NCBI RefSeq assembly: GCF_006345805.1
Contig: NC_043010.1
Span: 11,656,001-11,720,000, forward strand
DNA length: 64,000 bases
Origin: Octopus sinensis
Taxonomy: Eukaryota
Direction: 5' to 3'
The position numbers and the translations under genes are program-made. The notes beneath the pieces were generated by a model that saw only the letters and a program-made list of their open reading frames with translations, was not told where the DNA came from and made no database searches. Shown here piece by piece: positions 13,461-27,131 of the stretch. Positions within the stretch are counted from its first letter, which is position 1. Each line of letters starts with the position of its first letter.

Positions 13461-13569
13461 TTTGACTGGAGCTGGCCAGTTAGAGAGCTGCACCAGGGTC
13501 CAGTTGTCTGTTTTGGCTTGGGTTTTAAGGTTGAATGACCTTCTTAGCACCAACCACTTTATCAAGCGT

Positions 13570-13830
13570 ACTCGGTGCTTAATATATGGCACTAGCACTA
13601 GTGCTTTATACACGGCACTAATGCAGATGCTTTGTACATGACACCTGTACAGGTACTTTTCATGTGGCACTAGTAAGTGTACTCTTTACATGGCACCAGA
13701 TCTGGTACTTTGTATGTGACGTTAGCACACAAGTTCTTCTTTCATGGCACCAGCATGAGTGTTTTTACATGGTACTGGCAAAGGTACCTTTTATGTGGCC
13801 GAGGTACAGGTGCTTTTGTACATAGCACCA
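13570..13830. repeat. About 23-bp degenerate minisatellite (GTGCTTTTATATGGCACTAGCAC-like) inside family C
   Basis: About 11 imperfect units read directly. Confidence 0.75.
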
Positions 13831-13889
13831 GTACCCACAAGCTCCAAAACAAGGATCCTTCAGCTGACAGATGGACCCAAGAGATTTGA

Positions 13890-14350
13890 GTATGATAGAG
13901 GTAGCCCTCTTACAATTAAGGAAGTGGGAGAAGGTTAAAGAGAGAAATAGAGAAACAGTCCTAGTGAGAGAGAGCGGGGTCTGCCCACAGGTAACAATGA
14001 GAGCAGTATAAATAGTCCAGAGCGGACAGAGGGGAATGTTCCATAACAGTGGGATAGCAGAGACAGTGAGTGATGTTGAGAGGAACTGAGGCAGCTGTAG
14101 AAGTAGCAAGTGATGGTGAGAGGAACTGGAGAGGCCAGGAGGTGGGCATGGTAGATGTGTAGCAAGTGATAGTGTGAGGAATTGAAAGTGATTGGGAGAA
14201 GGTATGTGAGGCAATGAAGAGTGTGCAGATGGGCGTATGAATGAAAGTGGTGGGACCTGCTGTAGGTGGCCAGGGTGTGAGGAAGATGAGTTGTGGGGGA
14301 GTTTGATAGAGGACAGAATTATGAGTGTGTTGAGGGATCATGGCCATAAA
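13890..14350 (-). mobile_element. Highly degenerate Penelope-like ORF fragment (linker plus start of GIY-YIG endonuclease)
   Basis: Frameshift-tolerant reading gives ..FSQSL..ATHLPCPPPG..FLSTSLTV..SGLxYCSHCYL.G.., resembling the PLE PPG..C..SxLIYCIxCxxC motif. Needs a profile search to confirm. Confidence 0.45.
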
Positions 14351-15027
14351 GTACATGCCTATATGCATAGATATATATATATGCAGATATATATATATAT
14401 GATGATGATATATATATATATTTATAATTTACTACACTCTCGGAGTGGTTGGCGTTAGGAAGGGCATCCAGCTGTAGAAACACTGCCAGATCTGACTGGC
14501 CTGGTGCAGCCTTCGAGCTTGCCAGACCCCAGTTGAACTGTCCAACCCATGCTAGCATGGAAAGCGGACGTTAAACGATGATGATGATGATGATGATGAT
14601 TTATAATTATGATTAGGGTTCAGCAAAAAATTTTCTTTACCACATACCGAAATTTAGAAATAGCAGTTAAAACGGGCTATTTCTCTACCATAAGAAAAAC
14701 TCCCAGACAACAATACTCAACAACCCATGCAGGCAAAGAGAAAAAAATAATGAATCCACCCGGCTTTGATTAATTGTGGACAAGTTTCGGAGTTAGATAG
14801 ATGTGAAAAAAGGTAAAAACCACATCCCCATTCTATCATTCTTACTCTTCAGTACAATAATTCAAGATTTTAAATTTGAGAGCATGGCAAAAATTAAACA
14901 TACTTATCTAAGCAAGTGTCATCAGACAATATATATATATATATATATATTATATTGAGGGTTTCTCTTACGAGGTTTTTCACGCTAACTACTGATAATT
15001 TCTTTTAAAGATTTTATCCTCAATTGT

Positions 15028-15067
<40 letters not shown>

Positions 15068-15567
15068 GATAGATAGATAGATATGTCTCAGCCCCAAGTG
15101 AGCAGTCATTTCAATGGAGATCATTTTGGCAGGATTGGGAATTTGAACTTGAAATTAAGGTGTGTATGTTTGTGTGTTCTTTTTTTTTATGCATATCTGT
15201 ATGTATGAATATATGTGAGTGTCTGTAGATAAGTGTATTTGTGTATGTATAAATTTTTGTGTGCTTATATATGCATGCATGTTTTTTTTTTTCATTGGAT
15301 TGCTAAAAACCCAGTAGCAAAGAAACTGTTCCCATTTGAAAGTCAGACAAACCCAGTATAGGGTCAACAACAATGAAGCAATTGTACAGAGGGCTTTAAA
15401 AGTTCTAGGGTGATATCCAACTAAATTGATAGTAAGACCAGAGAGAGTGTGGCACTTCCTTTGTTACCATATTTTTGTAGAAATACACTGCTTTTATTTC
15501 AATGAGAACTTCTTTTTTGAATAGTGAAGGACTTATTAAAATAACTGTCATTATTAAACTGGTAAAT

Positions 15568-16590
15568 GGTGGCAAGCTAGCAGAATTGTTAGCACGCCAA
15601 GCAAAATGCTTAGTGGCATTCCATCCATCTTGACATTCTGAGTTCAAATTCCTCTGAGATTGACTTTGTTTTTCATCTATTCAGGGTTGATTAATTAAGT
15701 ACCAGTGAAACACTGGGGTCAATCTAATTGACTAGAACCTCCCCACAAATTTCAGCCCTGTGCCTTTAGTAGAAAGGATTATTGTTATTTCTATTAAAAG
15801 GTAGTGAACTGGCAGAATCTTTAGAATGCTTGCAAAAGGCTTAATGAAATTTCATCCATCTTCACATTCTAAGTTCAAACTCTGCCAATCCTTGACTTTG
15901 CATTTCATCCTTCCAGGGTTGATAAATTAAGTACCAGTGAACATCCATCTTCACATTCTAAGTTCAAACTCTGCCAATCCTTGACTTTGCATTTCATCCT
16001 TCCAGGGTTGATAAATTAAGTACCAGTGAAACACTGGGGTCAGCGTAATTGACTAGTCCCTCCCCACAAATTTCAGGGCTTTTGCCCTTAGTAGAATGGG
16101 TTATTAAGCTGATATTTAAGGCGGCAAGCTGGCAGAACTGTTAGCATAGCAGGTAAAATACTTTGAGGCATTCTGTCAGTCTTTACATTCAGACTTTAAA
16201 TTCCACCAAAGTCAACTTTACCTTTCTTCTTTTCAGGACTCATAGAATAAGTCTCTCTCTCTTGGCAATCCCTCAAGGTCGAGGATGATGGTCTTCGCGC
16301 AAATTTACTGGTGAGTCCGTAGGTGACTGATGAGACCAATTCTTGCTTGAAAAGATCGGTCGCAGTGCGGACATCTAGTGCCGGAAGGGAGAGTCGCATG
16401 TGGTTGTTGTTGGCGCTCATTCCGTCGTCGTCTTTTCTCCTCCAGCTCTGCAGACCTTTTCGACTCGAAAGTCGCCGTTCCCTCATGGATGGTGGTTTTC
16501 CAGAGTGGTCTGGAAATAAGTAGAATAAGTACCAGTCAAGCACAGGGGTCAATATAGTTGACTTAGCCCCCTCCCCCAAAATTGCTGGCT
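15568..16590 (+). mobile_element. Three head-to-tail family B SINEs
   Basis: Repeated GG..AGCTGGCAGAA..GAGTTCAAAT..AAGTACCAG units at about 15568, 15800 and 16119. Confidence 0.8.
16253..16520 (-). mobile_element. 5'-truncated RTE-clade LINE 3' end inserted in a family B SINE
   Basis: Minus-strand reading RPLWKTTIHEGTATFE..CPHCDRSFQARIGLISHLRTH* is the C2H2-like RTE C-terminus. (GA)n tail. 10-bp TSD TAGAATAAGT at 16243-16252 and 16521-16530. Confidence 0.88.
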
Positions 16591-16892
16591 TTCATCATCA
16601 TCATCATTTAACGTCCGCTTTCCATGCTAGCATGGGTTGGACGGTTCAACTGGGGTCTGGGGAGCCCGAAAGCTGCACCAGTCCAGTCAGATCTGGCAGT
16701 GTTTCTACAGCTGGATGCCCTTCCTAACGCCAACCACTCCGAGAGTGTAGTGGGTGATTTTATGTGCCACCGACACAGGTGCCAGACGAGGCTGGCAAAC
16801 GGCCACGCTCGGATGCCAAAATTAAAAACCATTATGGGGAACAGAAACTGACATGAAGTCTCTATGGAAAGTTTTAATTTAGACCACTTTAA

Positions 16893-17192
16893 CCCTTTTG
16901 ATACCAACCTGCTTCAAACTGCCCCTGGTTCTACTATAACAACTTAAAACCTTCCATCAAACTTTCATGTTAATTTGTATCCCAAAAACCACTTTGATAA
17001 TGACATTGTTTTACTTATTTTCATTATTTTAAATGTTAATTATTTTAAATGTTAATTATTTTAAATGTTAATTATTCTAAATGTTAATTGGAACAAAGGC
17101 TTTGTATTTCAAAATGAATATAGCAAGGATCAAAACAGGAAGTTTGTATCATAGAACAAAAGGCAGTCTTAGGTGGGTTAGTGTTGAAAGGG
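16893..17192. mobile_element. Older TTAA-type MITE containing a 16-bp tandem repeat (ATTATTTTAAATGTTA x4)
   Basis: TTAA|CCCTTTTGATACC ... GTTGAAAGGG|TT. Confidence 0.7.
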
Positions 17193-17317
17193 TTCAGGAA
17201 TGCATTTAGAAGAATGCTACTCTGATGTAAATCTCAATAACAATGCTGTGATAGATATCTTGCTTTGGCTTGTCTTTTGGTTCCTTGGCTTTCATAATAT
17301 GAATCATTGCAGTAATT

Positions 17318-17712
17318 CGGTGAGCTGGCATAAACATTAGCACACCGGGCAAAATGCTTTGGGGTATTTCGTCTGCCGCTACGTTGTGAGTTCAAATTCC
17401 GCCAAGGTCGACCTTGCCTTTCATCCTTTCAGGGTTGATAAATTAAGTACCAGTGAGACACTGGGGGTCAATGTAATCGACTTAATACCTATGTCTGTCT
17501 TTGTTTGTCCCCTCTGTGTTTAGCCCCTTGTGGGTAATAATGAAATAGGTATTTCATCAGTCTTTACATTCTGAGTTCAAATTCCGCAGAGGTCGACTTT
17601 GCTTTTCGTCCTTTTGGGGCAAATAAATTAAGTACCAGTTGTGAACTGAGGTCGATTTAATCGATTGGCCTCTCCCCTACAATTTCGGGCATTGTACCTA
17701 GAGTGGAAAAGA
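17318..17712 (+). mobile_element. Dimeric family B SINE
   Basis: Two consecutive box-B plus central-domain units. Confidence 0.8.
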
Positions 17713-17824
17713 ATATGAATTATTGCAGTGTTATGCAAGCATACTGAAAATTTGGGGATATCAGCAGTGATGGTCATCTTGTTCAGTATGAGAAAAGTCA
17801 TCATCCTATGGTTAAGTATGTTGT

Positions 17825-18205
17825 GGTGGAAGCACTCCGTCGGTTACGACGATGAGGGTTCCGGTTGATCCGAATCAACGGAACAGCCTGTTCGTGAAAT
17901 TAACGTGTAAGTGGCTGAGCACTCCACAGACACGTGTACCCTTAACGTAGTTCTTGGGATATCACCATGACACAGAGAGTGACAAGCCGGCCCTTTGAAA
18001 TACAGGTACAACGAAACAGGAAGTAAGAGTGAGAGAAAGTTGTGGTGAAAGAGTACAGCAGGGATCACCACCATCCCTGCCGGAGCCTCGTGGAGCTTTT
18101 AGGTGTTTTCACTCAATAAACACTCACAACGCCCGGTCTGGGAATCGAAACCGCGATCCTGTGACCGCGAGTCCACTGCCCTAACCACTGGGCCATTGTG
18201 CCTCC
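17825..18205 (-). mobile_element. tRNA-derived SINE family D
   Basis: 12-bp TSD TAAGTATGTTGT at 17813-17824 and 18206-18217. Confidence 0.92.
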
Positions 18206-18399
18206 TAAGTATGTTGTATGCATGTATGCTATATGTGTGCATATATCATGTATGCTTGCATATATGTGTTTATATTGAAGTAGATATGTAACACTGAAAT
18301 TCAAAATGTAAGCAAGTTTTCACTGTTTACTTCAGTAAGAATTGAACTCATGTACATTTGCTTCATTTTAACAAACATATTAATATGCACAAATACACA

Positions 18400-18423
18400 C
18401 ACTTGCATACATAGACACATATG

Positions 18424-18465
<42 letters not shown>

Positions 18466-18732
18466 TATATATGCATGCATGCACACAACGACACTTACAC
18501 TTATACGAGTGCATGTATGAATATATATATATACATTTATGTATCTATGCATGCGTGTATACATATGTGTGTATATAGATATACACACATGTATATACGT
18601 ACGTACATACATTCATGGTTATCATAGAAATATACGTACGTGTTTGTGTGTGTATAAATATATATATATATATACACATATAGATGTGTATAAAAATACA
18701 TACTATATATCTATGTATGTATCTCTCACTCA

Positions 18733-18787
<55 letters not shown>

Positions 18788-18955
18788 AATATATATAATA
18801 TATTATATTATATATATATATATATATATATGCATACTCCATACATCTATATATAATATATATATACATATATAATATATATATATATATATAAATATAT
18901 ACATATATTATATATATATATATATATATTATATAATATATATTATATATATATA

Positions 18956-18999
<44 letters not shown>

Positions 19000-19565
19000 T
19001 ACACATGTGTAAATATAGGATCTATACATGGAAATCATCTGCAGTAGCAAAAATATCACAAAATTACAGATTCAGTGAACTATGTCTGTCAAACTTGACA
19101 GATCATTGTTTAAAATTTTGGAACTGCTGCTGCCACTGCCACTGCTCCTCCCACCACCACCACTACTGCTGCTTATATTGTTGTTGTTGGTGGTGGTGGT
19201 GGTGGTAATGGTGGTGGTTGTTGTTGTTGTTTTGCTTTAGCTATATTAATTCATATATTCCCTGATTAAATCAGGCCCTCTTCTAAATACCTCAAGCTTC
19301 ATTTGCATTAAATTCCTTTCAGCCTTGAGAACTAACAAAACATTAATTATATCTACAATGTTTCTATGGCTTCTAATATTAATGAATTATATCTACATAT
19401 ATGTATGTGTGTATGCGTGTGTATATATATATATGTGTGGTGTGTATATATATATATATTACATATACATAGATATATATATATACATATATATTATATA
19501 TATATATGATATATATATATATGTATATAGATACATATATATATATATATATATACATTTACATA

Positions 19566-19598
<33 letters not shown>

Positions 19599-19611
19599 GT
19601 ATATACATATA

Positions 19612-19642
<31 letters not shown>

Positions 19643-19682
19643 CTACATATTATATATATACATATATATATATATACATACA

Positions 19683-19716
<34 letters not shown>

Positions 19717-19800
19717 GATATATATAGATGTATGTATATATATATATATATATATATATGTATGCATATAAGTATATGTTTATTATTATTTATATATTTA
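18400..19800. repeat. Compound (AT)n/(AC)n microsatellite block; similar blocks at 8200-8490, 10930-12180, 24640-25570, 25890-26350, 28150-28480, 32830-35480, 41200-41770 and 63580-63860
   Basis: Direct reading; source of the [12 protein letters not shown] ORFs. Confidence 0.97.
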
Positions 19801-20677
19801 TTGTATGGGTTTTATTTACAGGAGAATGAATTCTGTCCGTTGCCTTCGCAGTCCTTTCAGTGCCAATTATGCTAGAACAATTTCAAATTTATAGCTGCAG
19901 GGGGAAAATAGGAAGTAGATGGAGAATTCGAGAGGTTTGAGATTTTGGTATGTTTGAACTGAATAAAACAGTTCATATAAAACCCGAAGAATGAGGGATA
20001 AAATATCAATGGCAAGACGAGGCGACATGAATGAGCCGACTAGGCGTGACTGGAGAGTGTATATGGCTAAGTTTGAGACCGGTCAATAGCAATAGGTAAT
20101 GATGCCACTGGAGATACAGTGGTTTGTAGTTATGTACAAACACTACATTGTGTGCCAAAGCAAAATACTTAACACTGAGTAGGGTGGTGTAGTGATTCCC
20201 AAAGTGGATTCTAAGAACCATGGGGTTCTATGTCAAAAATGTTGGCGTTCTATAAAATTAGGTACTTTCAATGAGATTCAACAAAAATTTATTTCTATAA
20301 AGCAAATTTAAATGTTACTCATTTTTAAAAAATATATAAGCAAGGATATTTCGTGCTTTTATGATTAAATTCTCTGTCGAAAACAATTTTCGCTTCATTT
20401 AACCTTTTCAATACCAACTCACTCAAGGCTGCTTCTGGTTCCATCACACAACATTTACACTGAATTGAAGTACAAAGTGGCACTTTAAAACTTTCTTTTT
20501 TAAAGGGATCTAAATTAAAATGTTAAAACTGTATATTGATTTCATGTTTTGGCACATGGACAGTAGTTTCGAGGGAAAGGATAAGTCAGTTACCTCAACC
20601 CCAATACATGTATATATATATATATATATATAATATTTATACACACACACACACATGTATATATATGTATTTATACA

Positions 20678-21357
20678 TGTTGTAATGAGGAGTTATGATG
20701 TATATATATATATATATACTATATATATATATATATATTGTTATATATATGGTTATATATTGTTGTAGGTTTTGTGAAGTCGTGTGTTGAAACAGATATT
20801 GTATATTTCGGAATGGTCATTTGCCAGTTTAGCCAATAATATAGTGTGTGTGTTTTTATTGGCTTAACTGGCAAAATGACCATTCCGAAATATAAACAAT
20901 ATATATTATGTAATATATATATATATATATATCTGTATGTATATATATATAAACATATGTATATAATATATATATATATATATTATCATATATATATAAT
21001 ATATATGTTGTATATATATACAAAAAACATTTATGTAATATATGTAATATATATAAATATATGTATATATATATATGTATATATATATATAAATATATGT
21101 ATATATATATAAATATATGCATATATATATGTGTATATATATATATGTATAAATAGTAAGGATCTGAGTGAGTTTGAGAGTTCAAAGTTCGGAGTTGAGT
21201 GAAGTTTGTATTAATTCGCAATGAAGGTCAGAAGGTGCCGGTTGGTTAGTTCACAAGGAACATTGATTGTTGGTTCATAAAAAGATTTGTTTGTTTGTTA
21301 CATTGTTTTTACTTTTGTCTGGTTATCTTATTTATTATACATAACAATTACGTTACA
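20678..21357 (+). mobile_element. 5' LTR of the Gypsy element, expanded by microsatellites and a small palindrome
   Basis: Begins TGTTGTAATGAGGAGTTATGA, ends GTTACA, and is followed by PBS-like TGGCAACGAG at about 21363. Confidence 0.8.
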
Positions 21358-21362
21358 AAAGC

Positions 21363-23550
21363 TGGCAACGAGGGTTTCAAAGCTCAAATAAGTTATTTAA
21401 CAATTTCTTTGTGATACAACTTGTTAAATAATGGAAGGCCTATTAGCTTCCATAGTACAGTTGCAAAAGTAACAAAAAGAGCAGCAACAAGAGTTGCAGA
21501 AGTAACTATTACAGCAACGACTACAACAACAACAATTATTGAAGCTATATTCAAAAAGTCCAAAAATAAGGTGAGTTCGTTTTTGCCAGACAGCATTTTG
21601 AACTTGCTTAATGAATTCACTTATAACCCAGGGAAGAGAATAACTTTTGCATTGTACTACAAAAGGTAAGATTGCAAATCATGGTTGGACGAACAAAAAG
21701 TGAGATTGTTATTGCAAAAATTATCTCTGTTAGAGACTGAACGTTACTGTAATTTCATATTGCCCAAAAACCCCAATGATATTTGTTTTAAAGAAACAAT
21801 AGAATTACTGTCAAACATATTCAGTGATAAAACTTCTCCATTTAACAACCAAAAGGAGTGTTGGAATATAAAATAAAAAGAGAATGATGATTTTATCACA
21901 TATGCAGGAACACAGTTGACAAGATGTGCAAAAATTTTAAACTCAAAGAACTTACACCTGAGATGTTCAAGAGTCTTATTTTTGTACACGGCTTTACAGT
22001 AAGCAAAGATAAAGAAATTCAGGCAAGAATACTTTCTAAACTGGAAGAAGAGGATCAAGTCTCTCTTGAACAAAAATGGCCTGAAGTCTTTGTATGACCA
22101 CCCTCCCTGTACATAACTCCCTGTCAACCTACATGGCCTTGCTTTTGCTTTTTTAGCCAATAAAAATTGAATTGAAAAAAAGAAAAAAGATCTAACCTTA
22201 CAGTCTGTGGCAGAAGATTGCCAAAGGAAGGTAAATCTGAAACATGATATAGAAAAAGATGCAAGAAGAAAGATTCCTCAAAACTATAGATATGCCAACC
22301 AGAAAAATACAACCGTAAAAGAGCACCATGTCCTAATATATATTATGGATGTGGTACACATATATTTCAGAAAAGACTTGTCCATTTAAAAATCAAAAAT
22401 GTTACAGTTGGAAAAGAATTGGTCACAAGAGTTCACACTGCAGAACAAAGTTACGAAGGTCAAAAGTTAAAAATCCTAGAGTGCTCTCAGCAGAAACAAA
22501 GATTGACTCCCAAATAAGAAAATTCGTTCACGTAAAAATAAATGGATGCATATTAAAACTCCAATTGGAGACTGGAAGTGATACTTCAATAATAAATATG
22601 GATACATGGAAGAAAATATTAAAACCTATTTTGAGAAAAACAGCGAAATCTGCTCATAGCATGACGGGCAACAAAATACATTTCATAGGCAAAATGTGGA
22701 CTAATGTTACCTTTCAAGGTAAAACATGTAAGACAATTGTCTTCATTGTTAAAAAGGCAACCAATCTGTGTGGTACCAATTAGTTAGAATTATTCGATTT
22801 ATGGGACCTCCCCATAAATCTCTATTGTAAAAATCTAAATAGTTGTCCCTCTAAAAATAATTCATCCAAGGAGTTACAGATAAAAAATTTTTTTTAATGT
22901 TTCTCTTGGACAAACTAGGTCTATGCACAAAGATTGAAGTGTATTTTGAATTAGATGATAACATTACACCTGAGTTCAGGCCTAATAGGAAAGTGCTTTT
23001 TGTAGCAATAAAGCAAGAGTACCATGAGTTGGACAGTTTGGAAAAAAGCATAATAATTGAAAAAGTGGACTATGTGAAATGGGCAGCTCCGACTGTATGT
23101 ATAAGAAAGAAAAATAACAAAATTAGGTTGTGTGCTAATTCTTTGACTGGTTTAAACGACTGTTTAAACATGAACCATTATCTACTACCAACCCCAGAAG
23201 ATATTTTTACAAAACTAAATGGAGGAAAAATATTTTCAAAACTCAATCTTTCTGATGCATATCTACAAATCAAAGTAGATAAGAAACGCTCAAAGCTGTT
23301 AATGGTCAACACACACAGAGGTCTATACAAATAAAATAGATGACCTTTTGGACTGAAGGTAACACCTGCAATATTTCACCAGGTGATGGATGCAATGTTG
23401 GCAGACTCTCAGTTCCTTACCTTGATGAAATGTTAATCAAAAGCGAATTGCAGAATGAACATATCAAACACATGAAGTGTGTCTTTAAAAAAATTAAGGA
23501 TTATGGTTTCACAAAAGAAGAGTGAATTTTTTTTTTGCTTAATATCAAAT
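21363..23550 (+). pseudogene. Decayed Gypsy (Mag/K02A2.6-like) gag-pro-RT, truncated within RT
   Basis: gag LLLQKL..YCNFILPK, zinc knuckle CYSWKRIGHKSSHC, protease LETGSDTSII, and RT WAAPTVCIRKKNNKIRLC..LPTPEDIFTKLNGGKIFSKLNLSDAYLQI..THRGLY..YLDEMLI. Many stops and frameshifts. Confidence 0.93.
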
Positions 23551-23579
23551 ATCTATACATATATAAGTATATGTATAGC

Positions 23580-23844
23580 TGTAACATAGTTGTTACGAAC
23601 AATTAATAAAATAACCAGACAACAATGAAAACAATGTAACGAACTAAAAGATCCCTTTACAAACCAACAATCAATATTCCTTATGAACTAACCAGCAGAC
23701 ACCTTCCAACTTCATTGCGAACTAACACGAACTTCCTTCAGCTCCGAACTTTGAACTCTCAAACTCACTTGGATTGTTACTATTTATATTTTACTTAGAC
23801 TGCTCTATCTTTTGCAAAAGGGCGTCATAACTCTCACCACAACA
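23580..23844 (-). mobile_element. Complete LTR of the same Gypsy family in inverted orientation
   Basis: TGT...ACA termini; the reverse complement aligns with 20678-20700 and 21148-21357. Confidence 0.88.
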
Positions 23845-24211
23845 TGAAGTGTTTGCTCAAGAACACAACACACAGCCTGGTCCAGGATTCAAACTCACAA
23901 CCTCACAATCGTAAGCTTGACGCTCTAACCACTGAGGCATATATATGTATATATACCATTATACGTATAAGCGTGTGTGTGTGCATGTGTGTAGTACAGA
24001 GATACATTGGAACTTCATGCAGTCTTTTAGCTTGTTGTCTGATCCTTCTGAACCATCCAACACACACCGGCATGAACGACGGATATTAACTGATAATGAT
24101 GATAAATATATATGTGCGTGTTGTAAGCCATTCCAGCAAGGGAAAACATACATCAGATGAAACACGCTGATGCCTATCATACACACGTCTCCACACTCAT
24201 ACATGCATATA

Positions 24212-24256
<45 letters not shown>

Positions 24257-24912
24257 ACATAATTAAAAATCATGAAATGAAGGTTGGTAATGATGGCAGC
24301 AATAGGAGAGAAGAGTGATAAGGTGTATGTGTGTTTTACTTGCAATAAACAGATTTTCACTTGAGAAGTGGAACTGGAAGGCAAAAATCTATATTCTTCC
24401 AAAACATGTTTTCCTGACAATGAAGGAAACAATGTATAAGGAAGCAAACAATAGATTCCTGGATGACAAATCCTCTGTTGAAATAAATGTTAGGTTGTAA
24501 ATAGAGGCATCACTTCAATCAACTGTGTTAATAATATGCACATTGCTAGGTGTGTATAATTGATTATATGTATGCAACTGTGTGTGTATGTATATATAGA
24601 TATATGAATCTATTAATTAGTGAACGTAGAAAATTTTATGGCTACGAAAGCATACATACATTAATATACACATACATAAATTTATACATACATAAGTATA
24701 TACATACATTAATATACACTTACATAAATTTATACATACATAAATATATACATACATAAATTCACACACAAACACATACACAGACACACAGAAACACAGA
24801 CACACACACATACACATTAATAAATTTATAGAGAAAGGGAAGTGGGGAGAAGGAAAATGAAAGAGCAGTAAACTTATTCGTGCTTGAAATTCTCTAACAA
24901 AATGCATTATTG

Positions 24913-24966
<54 letters not shown>

Positions 24967-26166
24967 GTGTGCTATGAGAGTGTGATACATATTTTATATG
25001 TAAGCACATAATATATATACTATATATATATATACACACACACACACATACACGCTATGTATGTATGTGTGTGTATGTGCATGCGTTTGGGTGTGTATAA
25101 GCATATATTATGAATAGATAATTATAATATGTATAGCATTACTTGCGTGTATATATATATATATATATATATATATTTCTATATCTATATAAATAAGTAT
25201 AATATCTATATACGAGTGCAGGTGTGTATATGAGCGAATGTATATGTGTATGTATGTGAGTACACAAATATGTATATGCATTTATGTGTATACATATTTT
25301 ATATGTAAGCACATATATATATAACTATATATATATATATACACACACACATACACGTTATGTATGTATGTGTGTGCATGCGTTTGGGTGTGTATAAGCA
25401 TATATTATGAATAGATAATTATAATGATATGTATAGCATTACTTGCGTGTATACATATATATATATATATATATATATAAATAAGTATAATATCTATATA
25501 CGAGTGCAGGTGTGTATATTAGCGAATGTATATGTGTATGTATGTGTGTATACAAATATGTATATGCATTTGCCTAATATTCTATCATTTGAAATAGATT
25601 GAACAATTATTTTTGTCTTATTATTTCTTGCATATTGATTGAAGTAAAGTATCATTGAAGAATGCTGGTTTTCAATTAATTATTATTTTAGCTTTTGCCT
25701 TTGAAATTAATTGCCATCTTTCACAAATTACCTTGTCATGTGCCAGTAAGTATCATCATTGTTCTCCAATTTTAGCTTTGTTGCTAATAAGGCAAATAAT
25801 TTCATACGTGCATCTGGTATTTAGCTACAACACACTGAGAGAGCTGGAATATGGTTTTCCTTTCCTGAAATTCATGCATTCGGTAATAACCATATAATAT
25901 ATATATATATGTGTGTGTCTGTATATGCATGATGTGCGAGTATATATACAATTGTGTTTATGTACGTTTGTGCACATGAGTGTGTGTATGTATATGTATA
26001 TGCATAGACACACACACAAACCTCCCTCCCCCTCCCTCTTTTATATATATATACACACACACATATATATATATACATATATATATGTATACTTACACAC
26101 AAACATACACACACACTTATATACATATATATATATGTGTGTGTATAAATTTATATGCATACATAC

Positions 26167-26206
<40 letters not shown>

Positions 26207-26696
26207 GTATATCCATAGGCATATATTAGATATGTATATCCATAGGCATATATATATATATATATATACTTACACACAAACACACACATATTTACATATA
26301 TATATATGTGTGTGTGTATAAATTTATATGCATACATACATACATATATATCATCATCGTTCAACGTCTATTTTCCATGCTGACAAAGGTTGGATCATTT
26401 GACAGGAGCTGGCAGATCAGAAGACAGCATCAAGCTCTACTTTCTGCTTTGGCAAGGTTTCTATGGTTGGATGCCCTTCCTAACGCCAGCCACTTCACAG
26501 AGTATTGTGGGTGCTTTTATGTAGCGCCACCAACAGTGAGGATACCAACTGACTATGCAAATCTGGAGTCAAAATTAGTGTGTTATCTGAGAAACGACAT
26601 AAATAAGGTTGCATCATTTTGTGTTCAGATTCCTAAGCTATACCAACTTCCAAACTGAATACCACCGCATCATACCAGAGATCCCATTTTCTCCAT

Positions 26697-26920
26697 CTAC
26701 TCTTTTTTTCACTTGTTTCAGTCATTTGACTGCGGCCATGCTGGAGCACCGCCTTTAGTCAAGCAAATCGACTCCGGGAATTATTCTTTGTAAGCCCAGT
26801 ACTTATTCTATCGGTCTCTTTTGCCGAACCGCTAAGTGACGGGGACATAAACACACCAGCATCGGTTGTCAAGCAATGCTAGGGGGACAAACACAGACAC
26901 ACAAACACACACACATACAC

Positions 26921-26970
<50 letters not shown>

Positions 26971-27131
26971 GACAGGCTTCTTTCACTTTCCGTCTACCAA
27001 ATCCACTCACAAGGCATTGGTCGGCATGGGGCTATAGCAGAAGACACTTGCCCAAGATGCCACGCAGTGGGACTGAACCTGGAACCATGTGGTTGGTTAG
27101 CAAGCTACTTACCACACAGCCACACTGCGCC
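26697..27131 (-). mobile_element. SINE family A
   Basis: Homologous over its full length to 9782-10162. Confidence 0.92.

Noticed and set aside
14955-15005. Additional hammerhead-like motif on the minus strand
   Set aside because: Core and helix I are too degenerate to support.
19821-20130. Exon-like GC-richer segment after TTTACAG
   Set aside because: All three frames stop within about 25 codons and no family is recognisable.
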